This document shows positions 53,182-58,087 of a stretch of 58,087 bases of DNA, piece after piece. Source of the DNA: a virus (lineage: Duplodnaviria > Caudoviricetes); the IMG/VR virus record IMGVR_UViG_3300022912_000001, positions 1 to 58,087 of that record, one strand, 5' to 3'. Both the position numbers and the translations under genes were made by a program. Below the pieces are notes generated by a model. It did not search any database and was not told where the DNA came from. It worked only from the letters and a program-made list of their open reading frames with translations. Numbering within the stretch: the stretch's first letter is position 1; each line of letters begins with the position of its first letter.

Positions 53182-53951
53182 TGTTATACGGCCCACTTGT
53201 AAGCAACGTTTATGATAGTTACATTGATGACTTAAACGCTGCAAAGAAGGCCGACCGCTATGTGGGGCATGAAGATAAATTTCATGCCTCTAGTGCGGGT
53301 CGTTGTATAAAGATGCAGAAATACGCTGTTGACCCTACTGTAGAGCCACGCAAGCCTGATGCAAGTAAGCTGAGACTGTTTAGACTCGGTGATATTGTTC
53401 ATGAGGATATTCAAGCGGCTGTTCAGAAGATAGCTGATGAGGGTGGCTTTCCTGATGTTATTACATTGATAGAGGAAGAAATCAATATACCTGAATGGAA
53501 TGTTAGGGGATTCTTCGACCTTGCATTCTATCATGTCAAAACAGGCATCCTTGAGGTCATTGACATTAAAACTTCTGCAACATATACATGGTCTAAGACA
53601 TTCGGAAGGCAAAAGAAGCCTACTAACGGATGGTATGAGAAGCAACTCATGACATATGGCATAGGACTTGAGCGAAGTGAGCTTATTCCTGGGCCAGTTA
53701 AGACTATATTGCACAGTAATGTTTGGTATAAGAAAGAAGATAGTGCAATGAAGCATAATCCTATTTCTGCCGAGACTTGGAGACAACCTACTATTGATTA
53801 CTGGACTGCTGTTTACGGAATAGTAGAATCTGGTGAGAAATTAATTGCAGGTGAAACACATGGTTGTCCATTCTATTCATTTGAATGTAACGGATACTGT
53901 GACTATGCATATATTTGTGGCTCGCCACTTACTAAGGCTAAGAAGAAATGA
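53181..53951 (+). CDS. PD-(D/E)XK exonuclease (Cas4/RecB-like)
   Basis: ASSAGRC, G.IVHE, E..I, G..D, IDIKT, QL..Y, C-terminal Cys cluster. Confidence 0.85.
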   Translation: MLYGPLVSNVYDSYIDDLNAAKKADRYVGHEDKFHASSAGRCIKMQKYAVDPTVEPRKPDASKLRLFRLGDIVHEDIQAAVQKIADEGGFPDVITLIEEEINIPEWNVRGFFDLAFYHVKTGILEVIDIKTSATYTWSKTFGRQKKPTNGWYEKQLMTYGIGLERSELIPGPVKTILHSNVWYKKEDSAMKHNPISAETWRQPTIDYWTAVYGIVESGEKLIAGETHGCPFYSFECNGYCDYAYICGSPLTKAKKK

Positions 53952-54241
53952 TAACTGGCGTTAGAGTTATCAAAACTATAGCCTATGATATGCGAATAGG
54001 TGAAGTGCTGACTATTGGCAACCAAAAGGTTTCAATAGCTGGCTTCTCTGATGACATGAAACAAGTACAATTAACGCCAATATATGATACTGACACATTA
54101 CATGACCCTAACATTCGCAGATTGAAGGCTGGAGCACAGTACGCTCTTGACATAAATGTACTTCAACCTGAAAAGAATGTTGTAACCCTCAACGAAACAC
54201 GCTTGCCTATAGGAGATATAGCACATGGAGACAAACTCTAG
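53948..54241 (+). CDS. Hypothetical protein
   Basis: ATGA-coupled. Confidence 0.65.
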   Translation: MITGVRVIKTIAYDMRIGEVLTIGNQKVSIAGFSDDMKQVQLTPIYDTDTLHDPNIRRLKAGAQYALDINVLQPEKNVVTLNETRLPIGDIAHGDKL

Positions 54242-54977
54242 CGTTCAAACAATACCTCAAAATCAGTTGATAGGCTATAAGCCTGATGAAATAAAGGAAT
54301 TTCTCAAGTCTATTACTGACCAACATAGGCTTGTTAGTAATATACCTACTCCAACAAATGAAGTTAAGAAGGATTTTAACGGAATGGAGTATGTTGAGGT
54401 CAGTTATATGCGTAGGATTGCTAATGAGCAATTCCCTGGATGGTCTTTTACTGTCCTATCATACACTACGCACAGAGTTGACAAGTTTGAGGTCGCCTTT
54501 ACTGTGCATGGTAGGCTCACATGGTACGATAACGGCATACTAAGGCAGGGAGATATGGTTGCTAGTCATGCGAATCTCTTTGTTTACCTCAAGAAAAACG
54601 GTGTAGCTGTTGAAGATGAGGCCGGAAATAAGGTTCCATCAGGCTATCTTTCTGTGTCCAACGCATGGAAGAGTGCAGTTACAGAGTGTCAGAAGAAAGC
54701 ATTCAATAGTTATATGAATATAGCTGATGATGTTTACAGGAATGTTGACGTTTCACTCGATGAAAAAGAGCGAACAGAGCTTTTACTCATCATACAACCT
54801 ATTTCTTCAAGATGGCTAGAGGAAGAATATGGGGAAACTGTCGAATCAATGAATGATAAGGTGCTCTCAGGCACTATAAACAAGAGTAATATCAATGCCT
54901 CTCGCAGAAAAATGAACACTATGCTAGAGGATTGGAATGATAACAAGGAACAATGGGAAAAAGACAACAATTCTTAA
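54225..54977 (+). CDS. Rad52/Rad22-like ssDNA annealing protein (Sak-type)
   Basis: YV....RIANEQFPGWSF.V...V.GRLT...NAWKSA.T...KKA....IA.DVY; next to the exonuclease. Confidence 0.8.
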   Translation: METNSSVQTIPQNQLIGYKPDEIKEFLKSITDQHRLVSNIPTPTNEVKKDFNGMEYVEVSYMRRIANEQFPGWSFTVLSYTTHRVDKFEVAFTVHGRLTWYDNGILRQGDMVASHANLFVYLKKNGVAVEDEAGNKVPSGYLSVSNAWKSAVTECQKKAFNSYMNIADDVYRNVDVSLDEKERTELLLIIQPISSRWLEEEYGETVESMNDKVLSGTINKSNINASRRKMNTMLEDWNDNKEQWEKDNNS

Positions 54978-55006
54978 TGTTTTTTGACATTTTTAACAAA
55001 CAACGC

Positions 55007-55034
55007 TTGCATTATGCTAGTATAGGATTATATT
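55007..55034 (+). promoter_or_regulatory. Putative sigma70-type promoter
   Basis: TTGCAT-N16-TATATT in an intergenic gap. Confidence 0.45.
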
Positions 55035-55079
55035 AGTAGCATGATAAGCAACCTAACCGAAACACGAAAGGGAAACACA

Positions 55080-55514
55080 ATGGCAAAATCATTCTTACAG
55101 AAGATGGTTGAAGATGGTAAATATGAAGGTTCCGTAGAAATTCTTGTCGGAGCAATCAATGACAAAGAGATTACCATTTCTCTTGATGAATGTCTTACAG
55201 TCTCCAAGCTGACAAAGAAAATCAGCATTCCAGATTGCAAGAAATACATCAAAGCTGGTCTTCTGAGTGGCTCCGTAGAGTCATATCAGGATGCAGGATT
55301 TGTTCGTGCAGGTACAGTAGGTGGTGAAGGTCGTTCCGCAGGTCCAGTGCAGTTTATTCAGGTTGGCGATGCAAAAGCCATGCCTAAATTGTACTTCAAG
55401 TGGGATGGCGATAAAGCTGAAGATGCAGACCTGTCTGCTGTTGAAGCTTTGAGAACTGCCGTACAAGCTGTATTCGCAGAGCATTGCACAGTTGAAACGA
55501 AAGCGACTAAATAA
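55080..55514 (+). CDS. Hypothetical protein, apparently monocistronic (start MAKSF)
   Basis: AAAGGG RBS; promoter upstream and terminator downstream. Confidence 0.8.
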   Translation: MAKSFLQKMVEDGKYEGSVEILVGAINDKEITISLDECLTVSKLTKKISIPDCKKYIKAGLLSGSVESYQDAGFVRAGTVGGEGRSAGPVQFIQVGDAKAMPKLYFKWDGDKAEDADLSAVEALRTAVQAVFAEHCTVETKATK

Positions 55515-55560
55515 GTCAACACTGGTTTCAACGCCACATCGAACTGAATTAAAGAATAAG

Positions 55561-55592
55561 CCCCAGCGAGCATGTCTCCCTGGGGTTTTTTC
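55561..55592 (+). terminator. Rho-independent terminator
   Basis: CCCCAG...CTGGGG followed by TTTTTT. Confidence 0.75.
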
Positions 55593-55627
55593 ATCTTAAC
55601 AACACAAATGTAAAGGAAACACCAAAA

Positions 55628-56230
55628 ATGCGTGAACCTGCAAAACAACAGACCTTCGGTGACAATGACCGCAGAGCAATGTTTCAACCTGGTATATATA
55701 ATGCTCATGTATCTGAGCTTGTGACTCGTGAATTTGAAGACCACAACGAAGTGTTCAACGTGAAATTCAAGCTGGCAAGAGAAGGCTTGAAAGACATTGT
55801 AATACCTTTCGCAGTCTATGACGAAGGTGAAGAGGGTAAGCAGAAAGCTATCCTTGATAAAGATGATAACCCTGTTCTTATTGACTGCCTACGCTTTGAA
55901 GGTCGTGAGTTCAAACTGCCTAATGGCATGTGGTTCTATGAAAGCACAAAGTATGACTGGCAGACGAATGAGCAGTATGCTAATATCTGTGCTGCTATTG
56001 GCGTAGACTTCCCTGAGAAGAAAGTTGCAGGAGTAATGGTCAAAGTCTTGCAGAAGATTGATGGCGATGATATTCTCGGCAAGCCAGTAAAAATCAAAGT
56101 AGGTATGGCTAAATGGACAAACAAGAAGGCTGGTACTTCAGGTGAGTTCATGGCTGTCCTTGATGTATTGCCCTGGCCTGAAGGTAAGGCAATTACCATC
56201 GAAGAAGCTAAAGAGGAAGCACCCTTCTAA
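55628..56230 (+). CDS. Putative single-stranded DNA-binding protein
   Basis: PG.Y.A.V, ILGKPV.IKV OB-fold-like pattern; acidic C-terminus EEAPF. Confidence 0.65.
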   Translation: MREPAKQQTFGDNDRRAMFQPGIYNAHVSELVTREFEDHNEVFNVKFKLAREGLKDIVIPFAVYDEGEEGKQKAILDKDDNPVLIDCLRFEGREFKLPNGMWFYESTKYDWQTNEQYANICAAIGVDFPEKKVAGVMVKVLQKIDGDDILGKPVKIKVGMAKWTNKKAGTSGEFMAVLDVLPWPEGKAITIEEAKEEAPF

Positions 56231-56255
56231 ATTCGTGCAGGATAAGTTGGGAAAC

Positions 56256-56290
56256 AAAAAGGGGTTGTATTTATTTACAGCCCCTTTTTT
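56256..56290. terminator. Bidirectional Rho-independent terminator
   Basis: AAAAA-GGGGTTGTA...TACAGCCCC-TTTTTT. Confidence 0.8.
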
Positions 56291-56303
56291 ATAGGAGAGC
56301 ATT

Positions 56304-56492
56304 ATGCTGGATAATATGCACAACAACCACCAGATATTCATGTGGGCTAGAGGCCTGGCAGTGAATGCTAGAGTTAAGTGGGAAGCCAGACGTATGAAAA
56401 AAAGATTTGATAAAACGTGTAAGTGTGGTGTTGCCTATAAAGGACTCCGCAAATATTGCTCAACTAAATGTGAAAGGAAGTATGATGGATAA
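56304..56492 (+). CDS. Small Cys-rich protein
   Basis: AGGAGAGCA RBS; CKCG...YCSTKC. Confidence 0.7.
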   Translation: MLDNMHNNHQIFMWARGLAVNARVKWEARRMKKRFDKTCKCGVAYKGLRKYCSTKCERKYDG

Positions 56493-56955
56493 TTTTACTG
56501 TTTACATTGCAATACCTTTAATGTTTTTAGCTATTGTATTTTTATTCTTTGCCGTTGTCTATAAGAATAGTCAGGTGAAGATGTATTACAGAAAATGGCA
56601 AGAAGTTATTAAAAGCTATAACAACATGAAAGAATATTATAACCAAAGAGTAGAGCGACAAAAAAGAAATGACAGATTAAATACAGAATGGCGAAATAAG
56701 AGAGCTGAAAAAGCAGAAGCTAAAGGATATAAATATAATCATCTTGTAAGCACCATTCCAAATACAAAAGAGAATAGAGCTATTGTTGCACAACTAAACA
56801 AAATGATGAAACTTTCAGAATCGAAGTATAGACTGATTATCAAATACCGTAAACCTAAAGATGGCTATAGCAACTATCAATTCAATTCTCATGTTAGACA
56901 AGAGGATGCTTTGCTGTTTTCAGTATATTTAAGGAATAAAGTTTATGAAAACTAA
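56482..56955 (+). CDS. Membrane-anchored hypothetical protein
   Basis: AAAGGA RBS before MMDN; N-terminal TM helix. Confidence 0.7.
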   Translation: MMDNFTVYIAIPLMFLAIVFLFFAVVYKNSQVKMYYRKWQEVIKSYNNMKEYYNQRVERQKRNDRLNTEWRNKRAEKAEAKGYKYNHLVSTIPNTKENRAIVAQLNKMMKLSESKYRLIIKYRKPKDGYSNYQFNSHVRQEDALLFSVYLRNKVYEN

Positions 56956-57133
56956 AGACTTTGAATCATATAAGAATTTCTTTGGTTCTTATACTGTAGA
57001 AAATAGGAAGACAAGGAAAACTATTGAGTGGAGTATGCGTTGCCATAAAGCTTGTGACCTTGTGCGTAAATTACAGGAAGAAAAAGATATACAAGACAGA
57101 GAATATTTGGAAGAGAAAGGGGATGCAATTTGA
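56945..57133 (+). CDS. Hypothetical protein
   Basis: AAGGA RBS. Confidence 0.65.
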   Translation: MKTKDFESYKNFFGSYTVENRKTRKTIEWSMRCHKACDLVRKLQEEKDIQDREYLEEKGDAI

Positions 57134-57366
57134 AAATACAACTTGAACTTTGTGATGTAGAACATGAAGGAGATATTGAACAAGTAAGACAAGCAATATC
57201 TAATGCTGGCGGTAGCCTTGTTGACTATGACCATCATTATGATGCTGAACTTTTGATATGTACTATTGAATGTACTAATTCATCTAATTTTCTTGACTTT
57301 GAATGGATGGGAACAGAAGTTCCTATTGAGAACCAAGGAGATGGTCTAGGAGGCGCACTTATATGA
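57130..57366 (+). CDS. Hypothetical acidic protein
   Basis: TTGA-coupled. Confidence 0.6.
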   Translation: MKIQLELCDVEHEGDIEQVRQAISNAGGSLVDYDHHYDAELLICTIECTNSSNFLDFEWMGTEVPIENQGDGLGGALI

Positions 57367-57599
57367 GTTGGTCAACCTGTCCTAATTGTGGTCATAATTG
57401 GGTAGAGTTTCTTGAAACTCCTGGATATGGTATTTGTCCTAGATGTGGCCACGACAGAAATGAAGTGCCCGAACCTGAAGAACCTGAATATCTATCTAGC
57501 TGTTGTAGTATGCCAAGAATGGATGATTCTGATATATGTTCTGACTGTAAAGAACATGCAACCTTTGTTGACGAAGATGGAAATGAGGAGCCAGAATGA
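57363..57599 (+). CDS. Zinc-ribbon-rich small protein
   Basis: CPNCG, CPRCG, SSCC, CSDCKEH; AGGAGG RBS. Confidence 0.7.
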   Translation: MSWSTCPNCGHNWVEFLETPGYGICPRCGHDRNEVPEPEEPEYLSSCCSMPRMDDSDICSDCKEHATFVDEDGNEEPE

Positions 57600-57973
57600 G
57601 TAGAATACCTGACATAGGAACAGCATTTAGATGTTTAAGACAGCTACCTAAACTGTTGAAGATATATGAGCCAGAATCACCAAAGCTCAGAGAAGATGTT
57701 ATTGACTCTATTGATATGCTCGAATCCCTATGCGAGAAACAGGCTGAAGCGATTAAATCTTTGAATGAAGAACTTGACCAATCAGCTATTGACATAATAA
57801 TGGTTGGCGGTAAGGGAATGAAGATTGAATCTGAGCGTGACACATTACAGGCAAGGATTAAGGATGCGCCAAAGAGGGCATACTACAAAAAGAATGGTGA
57901 GTTATGGGAAGCCGAGAACGTACTTCAAGCCGAGATAACTTGCGCCATCGTAGAGATAAAGGAGGAATCATGA
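57596..57973 (+). CDS. Hypothetical coiled-coil protein
   Basis: GAGGAG RBS, ATGA-coupled. Confidence 0.7.
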   Translation: MSRIPDIGTAFRCLRQLPKLLKIYEPESPKLREDVIDSIDMLESLCEKQAEAIKSLNEELDQSAIDIIMVGGKGMKIESERDTLQARIKDAPKRAYYKKNGELWEAENVLQAEITCAIVEIKEES

Positions 57974-58087
57974 CTAACGAATCGGTAGAGTTGAAGGCGC
58001 ATAAAAGAATATGGCTACAGCAAGAGGGCGAGACTACTTGGTGTCAGGATAAAATTAACGATGATGATATTGAGTACGTTTTAGCCA
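57970..58087 (+). CDS. Hypothetical phage protein, 5' part; continues across the junction to 292 (~105 aa, MTNESVELKAHKRIWLQQEGETTWCQDKINDDDIEYV...KEEEG)
   Basis: GGAGG RBS at 57961, ATG at 57970 overlapping the previous stop; frame stays open through the repeat; not in the ORF track. Confidence 0.8.
   Translation, partial: MTNESVELKAHKRIWLQQEGETTWCQDKINDDDIEYVLA
57996..58087. repeat. Terminal direct repeat, right copy (circular assembly overlap)
   Basis: Identical to 1-92; an ORF reads through the junction. Confidence 0.95.

Noticed and set aside
53181-53951. Cas4-like nuclease as part of a CRISPR system
   Set aside because: No repeat-spacer array or other cas gene seen; context with Sak and SSB indicates recombination
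57996-58087. 92-bp terminal repeat as a biological DTR
   Set aside because: It falls inside a continuous ORF, so it is more simply an assembly overlap of a circular or permuted genome
1-58087. Stop-codon reassignment as in some crAss-like phages
   Set aside because: Genes are intact under the standard code and TAG, TGA and TAA all end tightly packed genes
1-58087. GCWGC avoidance (frequent GCGGC/GCCGC for Ala-Ala)
   Set aside because: Several GCAGC/GCTGC sites are present (e.g. near 2147, 2733, 8350); cannot be supported without counting

Overview
The window is an apparently complete, circularly assembled tailed dsDNA phage genome of about 57,995 bp. The last 92 nt (57996-58087) duplicate the first 92 nt, and one ORF reads through the junction. 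There are two opposed arms. The + strand arm (47.7 kb through the junction to 8.2 kb) holds many small early genes plus RadC/JAB, peptide deformylase, a PD-(D/E)XK exonuclease, a Rad52/Sak-like annealase, an SSB-like protein, dUTPase, DUF932, a half-size beta-clamp-like protein, a Dam-family MTase, DnaB helicase and a RuvC-like resolvase. No DNA polymerase, primase or integrase is recognisable. The - strand arm (47.3 to 8.2 kb) is a podovirus-like morphogenesis operon: TerS-like, GroES, TerL, portal, scaffold, major capsid, adaptors, LamG tail fibre, lysis genes, nozzle-like protein and ejection proteins. It includes a 2782-aa protein with a zincin HEFAH motif and a two-barrel RNA polymerase signature (RQP...DWDGD), which suggests a crAss/phi14:2-style virion RNA polymerase in a small genome that uses Shine-Dalgarno sites and sigma70-type promoters. 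Other notable signals are a shared extended RBS (GGAGAGCA) before eight early genes with a complementary hairpin loop in a structured intergenic region, an 897-aa protein with matched 5x39-aa Pro-rich and 5x72-aa helical repeats, a chimeric mini-ORF recombination scar in the tail region, and apparent GATC avoidance. All functional calls come from motif recognition by eye; no searches or computations were run.
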